A DNA stretch of 64,000 nt from Planctomycetaceae bacterium (GCA_021297815.1 JAJTGK010000004.1:542-64541), one strand, 5' to 3'. Shown: positions 32,633 through 43,151, numbered from the stretch's first letter. Program-made: numbers and translations. The notes: generated by a model not told the origin, from the letters alone.

Positions 32633-33601
32633 TCAGTACGCCAGGCAATCCTCGATCGCCCGCGACACGCGGTGCGCGTCGGGCAGGTAGTCGAGCTCGA
32701 GCTTGTAGTACGGCATCGTGGTGTCGAAGCCCGCGACGCGCTGCACGGGCGCCTCGAGCTCGAGGAAGCACTTCTCCATGATGCGCGCTGCGATCTCGCT
32801 GCCGAAGCCGCAGGTGAGCGGCGCCTCGTGCACCACCACGCAGCGGCCCGTCTTGCGCACGCTCGCCTCGACCGCGTCCATGTCGAACGGGTAGATCGTG
32901 CGGAGGTCGATGAGCTCGATCGAGCGGCTCGACTTCTCGATGGCCTGCATGCACTGCACCACGCTCGCGCCCCAGCTCACGATCGTGAGGTCGGTGCCTT
33001 CGCACACCGTGCGCGCCTTGCCGATCGGCAGCGTGTACTCGTCCTCGGGCACTTCCTCGCGGAACGCGCGGTAGATGCGCTTCGGCTCGAAGAAGAGGAC
33101 GGGGTCTGGGTCGCGCAGCGCCGACACGAGCAGGCCCTTCGCGTCGTAGGGCGAGCTCGGCATCACGACCTTCAGGCCTGGCGTGTGCGCGTAGATCGCC
33201 TCGGGCGAATCGCTGTGGAGCTCGGGCGCGTGGATGCCGCCGCCCACGGGAATGCGGATCGTCATCGGCACGGTGAACGCGCCGCGCGTGCGGCTGCGCA
33301 TGCGCGCGGCGTGCGAGCAGATCTGGTCGTACGCGGGCCCGAGGAACCCTTCGAACTGGATCTCGGGCACGGGGTGCAGCCCGCCCATCGCGAGGCCGAT
33401 CGAGAGGCCGATGATGCCGCTCTCGGCAAGCGGCGTGTCGAACACGCGCTTCGCGCCGAAGCGCTTCTGCAGGCCCTCGGTGACGCGGAACACGCCGCCG
33501 TTCACGCCGATGTCCTCGCCGAGGAGCACGATGTTCTCGTTCTTCTCCATCTCCTGGATGAGCGCGAGGTTGATGGCCTGGACGAGCGTGAGGTTTGCCA
33601 T
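32633..33601 (-). CDS. 2-oxoacid (branched-chain/pyruvate-type) dehydrogenase E1 component beta subunit
   Basis: MANLTLVQAINLALIQEMEKNENIVLLGEDIG..GGVFRVTEGL..FG..RVFDTPLAESGI.. is a typical E1-beta N-terminus. ATG 33601. Confidence 0.9.
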   Translation of the reverse strand: MANLTLVQAINLALIQEMEKNENIVLLGEDIGVNGGVFRVTEGLQKRFGAKRVFDTPLAESGIIGLSIGLAMGGLHPVPEIQFEGFLGPAYDQICSHAARMRSRTRGAFTVPMTIRIPVGGGIHAPELHSDSPEAIYAHTPGLKVVMPSSPYDAKGLLVSALRDPDPVLFFEPKRIYRAFREEVPEDEYTLPIGKARTVCEGTDLTIVSWGASVVQCMQAIEKSSRSIELIDLRTIYPFDMDAVEASVRKTGRCVVVHEAPLTCGFGSEIAARIMEKCFLELEAPVQRVAGFDTTMPYYKLELDYLPDAHRVSRAIEDCLAY

Positions 33602-33705
33602 GGGGGTTCCGTGTGTGCGACGGGGTTCGGGAAGCGCGAAGGGTAGCAGCGCCATGCGATCGGCTTCAACCGTTCGGGCGGGTGCGGACGCGGATCGAGC
33701 GTGGG

Positions 33706-33741
33706 CAAATAAAGACGGCGCCCCCTTTCGAGGGCGCCGTC
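33706..33741 (-). terminator. strong intrinsic terminator after the cohesin-like/HYR gene
   Basis: On the minus strand, GACGGCGCCC ..loop.. GGGCGCCGTC (10-bp stem, 33714..33723 and 33732..33741), followed by UUUAUUUG. Confidence 0.8.
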
Positions 33742-33793
33742 GGAGTCTGTTCAGAGCGGCTTTCGCCGCGGATCTCACGAGGAGGTCAGGCGA

Positions 33794-35392
33794 TCACCAG
33801 GCCACGCTGCCCGACGACGAGTTGCCCGTACGGACGGGCTGACCCGTCTGGCCCTGGAGCATGAGCGCCATGTCGGTGGTGTCGACCCAGCCGTCGCCGT
33901 TGATGTCGGCGGCGACGAGTTCGCCCTGACCCGTGCGGCGGAGTTCCTTCACCGAGATGCGGGCGCGCGGAGCGTCGCCGGTGTAGCTGCTGCAGCTTTC
34001 GTCAACCGAGAAGAAGTTCACGGCGAGGAAGCTGAGGTCGCCGTTGTTGACCACGCCGCTGGCGTTGAAGTCGGTGTGGGTGCCGCTCGACGACGCGGTG
34101 GTGTTCGGCGACAGCGAGCTGCCACGCTGGCTGACGAACTTACCGAAGTCGAGGATGTCGATCACCGTGTTGCCGTCGGCGTTGCCGACCTTGAGGTACT
34201 CGGAGGCCGAGTCGTTGCCGTCGATCGCAAAGCGGTTGTTGTAGCTGCGACCACCGTGCGTGCCCGAGCCGGCGAGCGCTTCGATGGTGAACTCGCGACG
34301 CAGCGTGTGCAGCGGGTCGCGCACTTCGGCGCAGCCCGAGGCCCAGTCGGTCGAGCCGAGGACCTGGAAGTTCGCCGAACCCTCGACGCGCGAGGTCTCG
34401 ACCGAGCCAGCGTCATCCATGGTCACGGTCTGGATGTCGCTGTCCGAAGCTGCATTCTTCGAGACGGCGATCGAGATGCCGCGGGTGAAGGTGTCGCCAT
34501 TCGCGGAGGCGAACGCACCGCCCTGCGCGGCCGTCACATACACGAGCGAGTCGGCCGAGACGTCGACGGTGCGCGACACGGTGCTCGTGTTGCCGCAGTC
34601 GTCGGTCACGCTCCAGGTGATCGTGGTCACCGAACCGCGCGGCCACTCGGTGAGGTTCGCAGCGCTGTCGCTGCGCGAGTAGGTCACCGTGGGCTCACCA
34701 TTGTTGTTCGCATCGCAATTATCAGTCGCCGTCGGCGAGACATAGGTGTGCGAGGTCGTCGCTGCGCCCTCCGCGTCGGCCCAGTACGACTGGTTTGCGG
34801 GAGTGCCGACGAAGACCGGGTAGGTCTGATCGAACGAAACCTCGGGGAGATTCGTCGCACCCGTGGCATCGAGCGCCACCGCGCCAGTGTTGTCCGAGAG
34901 CATCGAGGAGAACCCATTGCTCGACACGAACTCGACGAGGCCCGTCAATTCACAGAATTCCACGACGGGGGTGAAGGTGAGTGTGAGGATGTTGTCATCA
35001 ACCTCGGCGTTCTCGTTCTCGACTTCGCCGGCGTCGGTGCCATCGGCACCGATAGCGAGTCGATAGATACCCGTGGTGGTGTTGTTGTCTTCGAACAGCT
35101 CGAGGTCGAGGGCCGACCCATCGAAGGTGTAGAAGCCGTTCGCGGTTGCATCGAGCGAGAGCTTGGTCGTGTCGTACTCCAGAACGAACTGGGCACCGAC
35201 AGCGTCCACAGCATCGCCATTCACCGCGACCTTGACCACGACCTTGCCATTGGCGCCAACGGTCGCATCGACAACATTGAGCGCCAGGTTCGACGCCGCC
35301 ATGGCGCCCGAAGTGAGACCCGCGGCGAGGATCGCCGTCGTCAGACACAGACCGCGCGTGCGCGACGCGCTCTTTTCCTTAGACGAGTACAT
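33794..35392 (-). CDS. secreted cohesin-like / HYR-like / dockerin-like multidomain protein (532 aa)
   Basis: ATG 35392 with an AAGGAG SD. Signal peptide ..LTTAILAAGLTSGAMA. Cohesin-like beta domain (..NGKVVVKVAVNGDAVDAVGAQFVLEYDTTKLSL..). HYR-like segment (..TATDNCDANNNGEPTVTYS...WPRGSVTTITWSVTDDCGNTSTVSRTVDV). C-terminal ADINGDGWVDTTDMALML. It is visibly more A/T-rich than its neighbours. Confidence 0.75.
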   Translation of the reverse strand: MYSSKEKSASRTRGLCLTTAILAAGLTSGAMAASNLALNVVDATVGANGKVVVKVAVNGDAVDAVGAQFVLEYDTTKLSLDATANGFYTFDGSALDLELFEDNNTTTGIYRLAIGADGTDAGEVENENAEVDDNILTLTFTPVVEFCELTGLVEFVSSNGFSSMLSDNTGAVALDATGATNLPEVSFDQTYPVFVGTPANQSYWADAEGAATTSHTYVSPTATDNCDANNNGEPTVTYSRSDSAANLTEWPRGSVTTITWSVTDDCGNTSTVSRTVDVSADSLVYVTAAQGGAFASANGDTFTRGISIAVSKNAASDSDIQTVTMDDAGSVETSRVEGSANFQVLGSTDWASGCAEVRDPLHTLRREFTIEALAGSGTHGGRSYNNRFAIDGNDSASEYLKVGNADGNTVIDILDFGKFVSQRGSSLSPNTTASSSGTHTDFNASGVVNNGDLSFLAVNFFSVDESCSSYTGDAPRARISVKELRRTGQGELVAADINGDGWVDTTDMALMLQGQTGQPVRTGNSSSGSVAW

Positions 35393-35696
35393 CTTTGCTC
35401 CTTGTGATTCCTACGAATGATCGAACAGACTCATTGCGAGGCGGCCGGAACGGATGGCCACCGAGGTGTCGCATCGGAACATGCGCTCTTTTCCGACTCA
35501 TCGCGGTGCTTCGACAGCGACAAGTCGTTGTTTGAACGCGGCTTAACGCTACAAACCCACCTTTCCCTTCCCTAAAGACAAACGGCGGGTCTATAACGCA
35601 TTCGAAGTGGAAAGATTGACCGAGAACATCGGCCATCGATCTTCTTCAGAGCCGTTTCTTAGGACGAAAGGGAGCGCGAAGCACCCTCTTGCGCGC

Positions 35697-36854
35697 TCAG
35701 TGCCCGTGCGCTGCCTGCGCCTCGGCGTCCATCTGCGCCGCGCGCTCCTGCGCTTCGGGCGGCAGCTGGCTGGGGTCCTGGCCGAGCGAGTGCGTGTGCA
35801 TGGTGTCGCGCTGCCTCACGAGATCCGCGGGGAGCTCGGCGTACATCGCATCGAAGAACTCGCTGCGGTTCGGCGCCGCGATGCCCTCGGCGCGCGCGAC
35901 CGCGTCGGCGTTCTCCTTCTCGACGCGCTCCATGAGCGCCGCTTCCTTCGCGTCGTCCCACAGCTTGCGCGCGGTCATGTAGTTGCGGATGCGCATGATC
36001 GGATCGCGCGCCTTCCACGCGTCGACCTCGGCCTTGTCGCGGTAGCGCGTCGCGTCGTCGGCGGTCGTGTGGTCGCCGAGGCGGTAGGTCACCATCTCGA
36101 TGAACGACGGCTTGCCCGACACGCGCGTGTACTCGGAGGCCTGCTTCACCGCGTACACGGTGGCGAACAGGTCGTTGCCGTCGACCTGCGTGCACGGCAT
36201 GCCGTACGAAAGGCCGCGCTGCGCGAAGGTCGGCGCGGCGCTGTTGATCTTGCTGGGCGTCGAGATCGCCCAGAAGTTGTTCTGGCACACGAAGACCACG
36301 GGGATCTCGAGGTTCGACGCGAAGTTGCACGCCTCGTGGAAGTCGCCCTCGCTCGACGCGCCGTCGCCGAAGAAGGTGCAGGCGATGCGGTCCTTGCCCT
36401 GGTAGCGCGCGGCCATGGTCAGGCCCGCGGCGTGCAGCATCTGCGTGCCGAGCGGCACATAGATCGGCGTCACGAAGTGGTCCTTCGGCATCGCGTTGCC
36501 GCGCTCGTCGCCCATCCAGTGCAGCAGGATCGACTCCTTGGGCACGCCGCGCCAGAAGAGGCCGCAGTTCTCGCGGTAGCAGGTGACCATCCAGTCGTCC
36601 TTGCGCAGCACATAGGCCGCGCCAAGGCTGGTCGCCTCCTGACCCATGTTCTGCGGGTAGGTGCCCATGCGGCCCGAGCGCTGCAGGCGGAAGGCCACGC
36701 CGTCGAGATGCCTGCACGAGACCATCGCCTCGTAGAGCTTCACGAGGTCGGCGTCGGGAATCAGGCCCTTGCCGAGCTTCTCGTCGAAGTTTCCGTGCTC
36801 GTCGAGGATCGAGATGTGGTCGATCTTGGTTTCGTAGGCAGTGGTGATCGGCAT
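35697..36854 (-). CDS. 2-oxoacid dehydrogenase E1 component alpha subunit (TPP-dependent)
   Basis: TPP motif ..FFGDGASSEGDFHEACNFASNLEIPVVFVCQNN.. and ..YRLGDHTTADD... ATG 36854 (MPITTAYE..) is preferred over 36893. Confidence 0.9.
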   Translation of the reverse strand: MPITTAYETKIDHISILDEHGNFDEKLGKGLIPDADLVKLYEAMVSCRHLDGVAFRLQRSGRMGTYPQNMGQEATSLGAAYVLRKDDWMVTCYRENCGLFWRGVPKESILLHWMGDERGNAMPKDHFVTPIYVPLGTQMLHAAGLTMAARYQGKDRIACTFFGDGASSEGDFHEACNFASNLEIPVVFVCQNNFWAISTPSKINSAAPTFAQRGLSYGMPCTQVDGNDLFATVYAVKQASEYTRVSGKPSFIEMVTYRLGDHTTADDATRYRDKAEVDAWKARDPIMRIRNYMTARKLWDDAKEAALMERVEKENADAVARAEGIAAPNRSEFFDAMYAELPADLVRQRDTMHTHSLGQDPSQLPPEAQERAAQMDAEAQAAHGH

Positions 36855-36929
36855 GGCGTGCTCGCGTGTGGCCGCGATTGCGGCGGGCGCCAAGTGTAGC
36901 AGCGGGTGCCGAGCGGCCTGCGCGCCGCG

Positions 36930-38138
36930 CTATCGGGCGCGCTCGAACGCCTGCGCCAGGTCCGCGGTCAGGTCGCGCGGGTCCTCGAGGCCGATCTGGA
37001 AGCGCAGCAGCGCGCCCTCGTCGGTCCACGGCACCACCGCGCGCGAGGCGCGCACATCGCTCGCCACGACCAGGCTCTCGAACCCACCCCACGAGAAGCC
37101 CATGCCGAAGTAGCGCAGGCCCTCGAGGAACGCGCGCGTGTGCTCGCGGCCCGCGGCATGCGGCCGCAGCACGCAGCCGAAGAGGCCCGACGAACCCGAG
37201 AAGTCGCGCTTCCACACCGCGTGGTCTGGGTGCGACGGCAGCGCGGGGTGGAGCACGCGCGCGACCTCGGGCCGCGCCTCGAGCCAGCGCGCGACCTCGA
37301 GCGCGCTCGCCTCGTGGCGCGCCAGGCGCACCTCGAGCGAACGCATGCCGCGCAGGCAGGTCGAGCAGTCGTCGGGGTGCGCGTAGTGGCCGTGCCATTC
37401 GGCGGCCTGCTTCACGCGCTTCCAGTGCTCCTCGTCGCGCGCGACCACGGCGCCGAGCAGGATGTCGCTGTTGCCCGACTGGTACTTGGTCAGCGCGTGC
37501 ACGACGATGTCGACGCCGTGCTCGACGGGCCGCATGCGCAGCGGCGTGGCCCAGGTGTTGTCGATCGCGGTCGACACGCCGCGCGCCCGCGCCGCGCGCG
37601 CGATCGCGGGCACATCCTGCACCTCGAAGGTCAGCGAACCAGGGCTCTCGAGGAAGACGAGCCGCGTGTTCGGGCGGAAGTGCGCGTCGATGCCTGCGCC
37701 GATGCGCGGGTCGTAGAAGGTCGTCTCGATGCCCATGCGCGGCAGCACCGCGGTGCAGAGCCAGCGCGTGGGGCCGTAGCACGAGTCGGTCATGAGCAGG
37801 TGGTCGCCCGCGCCGAGCATCGAGAGCAGCGCGACCGACACCGCGGCGAGGCCGCTCTGCACCACGACCGCGCCCGCGCCGCCGTCGAGCTGCGCGAGCA
37901 TCGACTCGAGCTCGCGCGCGTTCGGGTTGCCGATGAGTCCGTAGATGTACGGGCCGCGGCGCGTGTCGCCGCGCATGGCGCCCTCGAGCGCGTCGAGCGT
38001 GGGAAAAAGCACGGTCGATCCGCGGTGGATCGGCGTGTTCACGAAGCCATGGTGGTCGGCGGGGCGCCGCGCGGTGTGCGCCAGGCGCGTGCCGATGCCG
38101 CGCGCGTCGCCCGCGGCGCCGTCGTCGTGTGCGCTCAT
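36930..38138 (-). CDS. metC: cystathionine beta-lyase-like PLP enzyme (Cys/Met metabolism family)
   Basis: ..NPNARELESMLAQLDGG.., the PLP-Lys region ..VVHALTKYQSGNSD.. and ..GFESL.. are typical of the MetC/MetB family. Confidence 0.8.
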   Translation of the reverse strand: MSAHDDGAAGDARGIGTRLAHTARRPADHHGFVNTPIHRGSTVLFPTLDALEGAMRGDTRRGPYIYGLIGNPNARELESMLAQLDGGAGAVVVQSGLAAVSVALLSMLGAGDHLLMTDSCYGPTRWLCTAVLPRMGIETTFYDPRIGAGIDAHFRPNTRLVFLESPGSLTFEVQDVPAIARAARARGVSTAIDNTWATPLRMRPVEHGVDIVVHALTKYQSGNSDILLGAVVARDEEHWKRVKQAAEWHGHYAHPDDCSTCLRGMRSLEVRLARHEASALEVARWLEARPEVARVLHPALPSHPDHAVWKRDFSGSSGLFGCVLRPHAAGREHTRAFLEGLRYFGMGFSWGGFESLVVASDVRASRAVVPWTDEGALLRFQIGLEDPRDLTADLAQAFERAR

Positions 38139-38142
38139 CGGG

Positions 38143-38883
38143 TCACTTCACGATCGGCGTGAGCACGATGTCCTTGAACTCGATGTACGCACCCTCGCTC
38201 TGCAGCGCGATGCGGCCCTTGTTCACCTCGACATCCTTCGCGACATTCTGCAGGAGGCCGTTCACCCAGAGCTCGATCGTGCCTTCGTTCACCACGATGC
38301 GGTACTGGTTCCACTCGCCGAGCGGCTTCTCGTTGGTCTCGCGCAGCTTCACGGTGTGGCGGCCGTTGGTGCGCTTGGCGTCGGTGGTCGCCTTGTACTC
38401 GCCGATGTTCCAGAAGTCGCCCGCGTTCTTCGAGTGGAGCTGCGCCTCCATCGACTTCGGCCACACGGTGTCGTCGCCGATCGTGCGCAGCAGCACGCCC
38501 GAGTTGCCCTCGCCCTTCGCGGGGTCGAAGCGCCACTTCAGCTCGAGGATGAAGTTGTCGTACTGCGCCTCGGTCTGGATGTAGCCGATCGGCCGGCCCG
38601 CGCAGCAGAGGACGCCCTCCTTCACGCTCCACACCGAGAGCTGGTCCTTGCCGTCCTTCGCGAGGTCGGGCACGAAGGCCTTCCAGCCCGCGGTGTCCTT
38701 GCCGTTGAAGAGCTTCTCGGGCGAACCCGTCTTGATCGGCGTGCCGTCGTTCATGAACGGCTGCGAGGTGGCGCCGAGCTTGGTGCCCGCGCCTGGTGCC
38801 TCGGTCGACTGCTGCGGCGCGGCGAAGGCGGCGAGGACGGGAGCGGAAGCGAGGACGGCGAAGGCGAGCTGCGTGCGGCGCAT
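38143..38883 (-). CDS. secreted DUF1080 (3-keto-disaccharide hydrolase-like) protein
   Basis: Signal peptide [21 protein letters not shown]. ..[11 protein letters not shown].., ..W.VKEGVL.., ..NSGVLLR.., ..EAQL.., ..[15 protein letters not shown].. are hallmark DUF1080 motifs. Only 4 nt lie between its stop and the metC start. Confidence 0.85.
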   Translation of the reverse strand: MRRTQLAFAVLASAPVLAAFAAPQQSTEAPGAGTKLGATSQPFMNDGTPIKTGSPEKLFNGKDTAGWKAFVPDLAKDGKDQLSVWSVKEGVLCCAGRPIGYIQTEAQYDNFILELKWRFDPAKGEGNSGVLLRTIGDDTVWPKSMEAQLHSKNAGDFWNIGEYKATTDAKRTNGRHTVKLRETNEKPLGEWNQYRIVVNEGTIELWVNGLLQNVAKDVEVNKGRIALQSEGAYIEFKDIVLTPIVK

Positions 38884-38975
38884 GGGGTTCTCCTGTGGAC
38901 GCGCACTGTAGCGGACGGGCGCGGCGGGCCGAGACTTCCGCGTGCCGTAGCATCTCGGGCGAAACCGGAGGCTTC

Positions 38976-41495
38976 ATGCGCACGCGCTTCGTCCACGCCC
39001 TGCTTCGTCCCGTCGCACTCTCGCTGGCGCTGGCCACGGCCGCCCTGGCGCACGCCGCGCAGTCGCTCGAGCTCCACTACCTCCAGCCCGCGGCGAAGTG
39101 GACCGAGGCGCTGCCGATCGGCAACGGCAGGCTCGGCGGCATGGTGTTCGGCGACCAGTTCGGCACGATCCAGGTGAACGAGGACTCGGTGTGGGCGGGC
39201 AGGCCGATCGACCGCAACCGCACGCCCGCCGAAGGGTCGCTCGCGCGCGCACGGGAGCTCTGGTTCAAGGGCGATGTGCTCGGCGCGCAGAAGATCATGC
39301 AGGACGAGTTCATGACGCCCGACTGGGTGCGCTCGTACCAGCCCCTGATGACGGTGGGCACGCGCTGGAGCACGCCGTTCGAGAAGATCACCGACCATCG
39401 CCGCTCGCTCGACCTGTCGACGGGCGTGGCGACGACCGAGTTCACGGCCGACGGCTCGCGCTACCGCTGCCGCATGTTCGCGAGCGCGGCCGACAACGCG
39501 ATCGTGGTGCGCTGGGAGGCGCTCGGCGAGAAGCCGCTCGTCGCTGCGCTTGGTACAGGTCGCGACGAACTCGTCGACGGCGGCTCCGAGGTCGCGTTCG
39601 AAGATGCGACCGCCGTCGTGAACGGCGCCACGCAGCGCGTGCAGCGCGAGTTCTTCACGCGCTTCGGCACCGCGGTGAACGGCGAGCATCGCGGCGTGCG
39701 CTTCGCGGGGTGCGCGGCTATCCAGTACGACGAGGCGGATCCGAGGAAGATCGAATCGGCGCGTGCGCCCGAGGCTTCGCTCGGGAAGTCCGAGGGTCGC
39801 TCGAGCATCGCGCACGAGACGCGCGGCTACACCGTGGCCATCGCGGGCGCGACCGACTTCATCGCGTACATCAATCCAGGCGTGCGCATCGCCGACCCGA
39901 AGTACACCGCGCGCAGGCTCACGCAGGAGGCGCTCGCGCGGCCGTTCGACGAGCTGCTCGCGCGCCACATCGCCGCGCATCAGGAGCTCATGGGCCGCGT
40001 CACGCTCGATGTCGGCGCGACCGCGCAGGCCGCGAAGCCGACCGATGTGCGCCTCGCCGAGTTCCGCAACGGCGCCGACGATCCGTCGCTGCTCGCGCTC
40101 TACTTCCAGTTCGGGCGCTACCTGCTCGCGTCGAGCTCGCGGCCCAACGACCTGCCCGCGAACCTGCAGGGACTGTGGAACGAGCACCTCGCCGCGCCGT
40201 GGAACGCCGACTACCACACGAACATCAACATCCAGATGAACTACTGGCACGCCGAGTCGACGAACCTCGCCGAGTGCCACGAGCCGCTGTTCGACTTCAC
40301 CGACCGCCTGATCGAGAACGGCCGCTCGAGCGCGCGGAAGCTGTACGGCGCGAAGGGCTCGGTCGTGCACCACACGAGCGACGCGTGGGCGTTCACCGAG
40401 CCGATCGGCCTGACCGTGTGGGGCATGTGGCCGCACGGCGGCGGCTGGCTCACGCGCCACTACTTCGAGCACTACGCGCATTCGGGCGACGAGGCGTTCC
40501 TGCGCGAGCGCGCGTGGCCCGCGCTCGCGGCGTGCGCGGAGTTCTACCTCGACTATCTCTGCACGGATCCCGCGACGGGCAAGCTTGTCGCTGGGCCAAG
40601 CTCGTCGCCCGAGAACACCTTCATCACAGCCGACGGGCAGCACGCAAACATCGGCATGGGCAACGCGATGGACCAGTCGATCGTGTGGGATGTCTTCACG
40701 AACCTGCTCGACGCAGCGAAGGTGCTTGCGAAGGACGACGACGCGCTCGTCGCGCGCGTGCGCGCGGCGCGCGCGAACCTCGCGTGGCCCGCGGTCGGCG
40801 CCGACGGCCGCTTGATGGAGTGGGCGCGCCCGTTCGGCGAGGCCGAGCCTGGCCACAGGCACATCTCGCATCTCTTCGGCCTGCATCCTGGCGCGCAGTT
40901 CAACTGCGACACGACGCCCGAGCTGCTCGCCGCCGCGAGAAAGACGCTTGATTTCCGCCTTGCGAACGGCGGCGGCCACACGGGCTGGAGCCGCGCGTGG
41001 CTCATCAACTTCTTCGCGCGCCTCGGCGACGGCAAGGCGGTCGAGGACAACCTGCGCGCGCTGCTGTCGAAGTCGACGCTCCCGAACCTGTTCGACGACC
41101 ATCCGCCGTTCCAGATCGACGGCAACTTCGGCGGCACGGCGGGCATCGCCGAGGCGCTCGTCCAGTCGCATGTGGCCGAGAAGGACGCGTTCGCATGCGG
41201 AAAGCTGCCGCGCTATGTGCTCGATGTGCTGCCCGCGCTGCCGCCGTCGTGGAAGACGGGTTCGGTCACGGGCCTTCGTGCGCGCGGCGGCGTGACGGTG
41301 TCGCGGCTTGCGTGGTCGCCCGAGCGCGTCGTCATCGAGCTCCTCGCGAAGGGCCGCGGCGAGGTGCGCGTGCGTCCGCCGCTTGGCTGGGAACTGAAGG
41401 GCGCCGTGCGCGGCGACGACGGTTCGTACGCGCTCACGCCGCAGCCCGCGCCGATGTTCCGCGCCGAGTTCACGCGCATTCCTTCGAAGGAATAG
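38976..41495 (+). CDS. glycoside hydrolase family 95 (alpha-L-fucosidase-like)
   Basis: ATG 38976. Signal peptide, then ..[17 protein letters not shown]....IQVNEDSVW.. and ..NLQGLWN....[17 protein letters not shown].. GH95 signatures. Confidence 0.88.
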   Translation: MRTRFVHALLRPVALSLALATAALAHAAQSLELHYLQPAAKWTEALPIGNGRLGGMVFGDQFGTIQVNEDSVWAGRPIDRNRTPAEGSLARARELWFKGDVLGAQKIMQDEFMTPDWVRSYQPLMTVGTRWSTPFEKITDHRRSLDLSTGVATTEFTADGSRYRCRMFASAADNAIVVRWEALGEKPLVAALGTGRDELVDGGSEVAFEDATAVVNGATQRVQREFFTRFGTAVNGEHRGVRFAGCAAIQYDEADPRKIESARAPEASLGKSEGRSSIAHETRGYTVAIAGATDFIAYINPGVRIADPKYTARRLTQEALARPFDELLARHIAAHQELMGRVTLDVGATAQAAKPTDVRLAEFRNGADDPSLLALYFQFGRYLLASSSRPNDLPANLQGLWNEHLAAPWNADYHTNINIQMNYWHAESTNLAECHEPLFDFTDRLIENGRSSARKLYGAKGSVVHHTSDAWAFTEPIGLTVWGMWPHGGGWLTRHYFEHYAHSGDEAFLRERAWPALAACAEFYLDYLCTDPATGKLVAGPSSSPENTFITADGQHANIGMGNAMDQSIVWDVFTNLLDAAKVLAKDDDALVARVRAARANLAWPAVGADGRLMEWARPFGEAEPGHRHISHLFGLHPGAQFNCDTTPELLAAARKTLDFRLANGGGHTGWSRAWLINFFARLGDGKAVEDNLRALLSKSTLPNLFDDHPPFQIDGNFGGTAGIAEALVQSHVAEKDAFACGKLPRYVLDVLPALPPSWKTGSVTGLRARGGVTVSRLAWSPERVVIELLAKGRGEVRVRPPLGWELKGAVRGDDGSYALTPQPAPMFRAEFTRIPSKE

Positions 41496-41501
41496 CCAGG
41501 C

Positions 41502-43151
41502 TCACGCCACCACGGCCTGCGCATCGCCGCGCGAGTCGCTGGCGGCGATGTAGCCGTGCTCGACGCGCTGGATGCACTGCGCGCGGCCGAAGGTGATCGA
41601 CTTCTCGCTGGCGACCTTCACCGCGTGCCCGCGCTTCGCGAGCTCGTCGAGCGTCGCCTGCGGGAAACCAGGCTCGACATCGAGGACGAGCCCCTCGCTC
41701 ACCTGCCAGCGCGGCGCGTCGAGCGCCGCCTGCGGGTTCATGCGGTGGTCCTCGATCAGCCCCGCGATCTGCAGCTGTCCCTGCGGCTGCATGTAGCCGC
41801 CCATGCAGCCGAACGCGACATGCGCACGCGCCGCGCCGTTCGCGTCGCGGCGCAGCAGCATGCCTGGAATGATCGTGTGGTACGGCAGCTTCCCCGCCGC
41901 GTACTCGTTGACATGCCCGCGCTCGAGCGTGAAGCACGCGCCGCGGTTCTGCATCGCGATGCCGGTGCCTGGAATCACGACGCCCGAGCCCCAGCCCGTG
42001 TAGTTCGACTGGATGAGCGACACCATGTTTCCCTCACGGTCGGCGGTGCAGAGCAGGATGGTGCCGCCCGTGCGCGGCGGGCCATGGTCGAAGTCCTTCG
42101 CGCGCGTCGCGTCGATCTCACGCGCGAGTTCCGCATGGAACGCGGGGTCGAGCAGCGCCTCGGGCGACATGCGCATGGCCGCAGGGTCGCCGACCTCGCG
42201 GTGCACCGTGCGAAACGCGAGCTTCATCGCCTCGGCCGCAAGATGCACCGCGTCGGCGCAATCGGGCGAGAGCTCCGAGTAGCGTGGATTCACCCTCGAC
42301 TGCTCGAGGATGCCGCGCGCGATCTCGGCGGCGATCCCCTGCCCGTTCGGCGGAATCTGCAGCATGCGCGATGCGCCGAACGGCGCCTCGAGCGGCTTCA
42401 CCCACTGCGGCGCGTGCGCCGCGAGATCGCGCTCGTCGAGCACCGCGCCTTCGGCGCGCGCGGCGTCTGCGATCGCCTTCGCGATGTCGCCCGTGTAGAA
42501 CGACGCACCCTCGCTGCGTGCGATCGCCTCGAGCGTGCGCGCGTGGTCGGGAAACTCGACGCGCTCGCCCGCGCGCGGCGCGCGGCCGTTCGGCGCGAAC
42601 ACACGCCTCCACTCGGCGTGGCGCGACATCGACGGCATCGCGCGCTCCCACAGCTGCGCCGTGCGCGGCGCGACCAGAAATCCATCGCGCGCGAAGCGGA
42701 TCGCAGGCTCCATGAGGTCTGCGAACGGCAGTCGGCCGAACCGCTTCCAAAGCGCGACCCAACCCGACACCGCGCCAGGCACCGTGACGGGCCCCCAGCC
42801 ACGCAGCGACATCGCGGCCTGCCCGTCGAAGGCGCTGCGAGCCTGCCGCATCGGCGAACGACCCGACGCGTTGAGTCCGACAACCTCGCCGCCGAAGACG
42901 CACAGCGCGAAGCCATCGCCGCCGATGCCGTTCGTCGTCGGTTCGAGCACGGTCATCGCGGCCGCGGTCGCCACGGCCGCATCGGCGGCGTTTCCGCCGC
43001 GGCGCAGCATCTCGAGGCCCGCCTGCGCGGCGAGCGGTTGGCTCGTCGCGACCGCCATCGACCCGCACACGGCGGGCCGACGCGCGTCGTACGGCAGCCT
43101 CCAGTCGATCGATTCCTCGCCAGCGAGGTCCGAGAGCGGCGCTTCATGCAT
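41502..43151 (-). CDS. ggt: gamma-glutamyltransferase family protein
   Basis: ..GGNAADAAVATAAAMTVLEPTTNGIGGDGF.., the autoprocessing site ..GGTILLCTADREGNMVSLIQSNY.. and ..GSGVVIPGTGI..QNRG... Confidence 0.88.
   Translation of the reverse strand: MHEAPLSDLAGEESIDWRLPYDARRPAVCGSMAVATSQPLAAQAGLEMLRRGGNAADAAVATAAAMTVLEPTTNGIGGDGFALCVFGGEVVGLNASGRSPMRQARSAFDGQAAMSLRGWGPVTVPGAVSGWVALWKRFGRLPFADLMEPAIRFARDGFLVAPRTAQLWERAMPSMSRHAEWRRVFAPNGRAPRAGERVEFPDHARTLEAIARSEGASFYTGDIAKAIADAARAEGAVLDERDLAAHAPQWVKPLEAPFGASRMLQIPPNGQGIAAEIARGILEQSRVNPRYSELSPDCADAVHLAAEAMKLAFRTVHREVGDPAAMRMSPEALLDPAFHAELAREIDATRAKDFDHGPPRTGGTILLCTADREGNMVSLIQSNYTGWGSGVVIPGTGIAMQNRGACFTLERGHVNEYAAGKLPYHTIIPGMLLRRDANGAARAHVAFGCMGGYMQPQGQLQIAGLIEDHRMNPQAALDAPRWQVSEGLVLDVEPGFPQATLDELAKRGHAVKVASEKSITFGRAQCIQRVEHGYIAASDSRGDAQAVVA

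Noticed and set aside
33602-35696. Mobile element or genomic islet carrying the cohesin-like gene
   Set aside because: No integrase, transposase, tRNA target or flanking direct or inverted repeats were seen. Only compositional and operon-disruption evidence exists, so it is reported as a finding rather than as a mobile_element feature.
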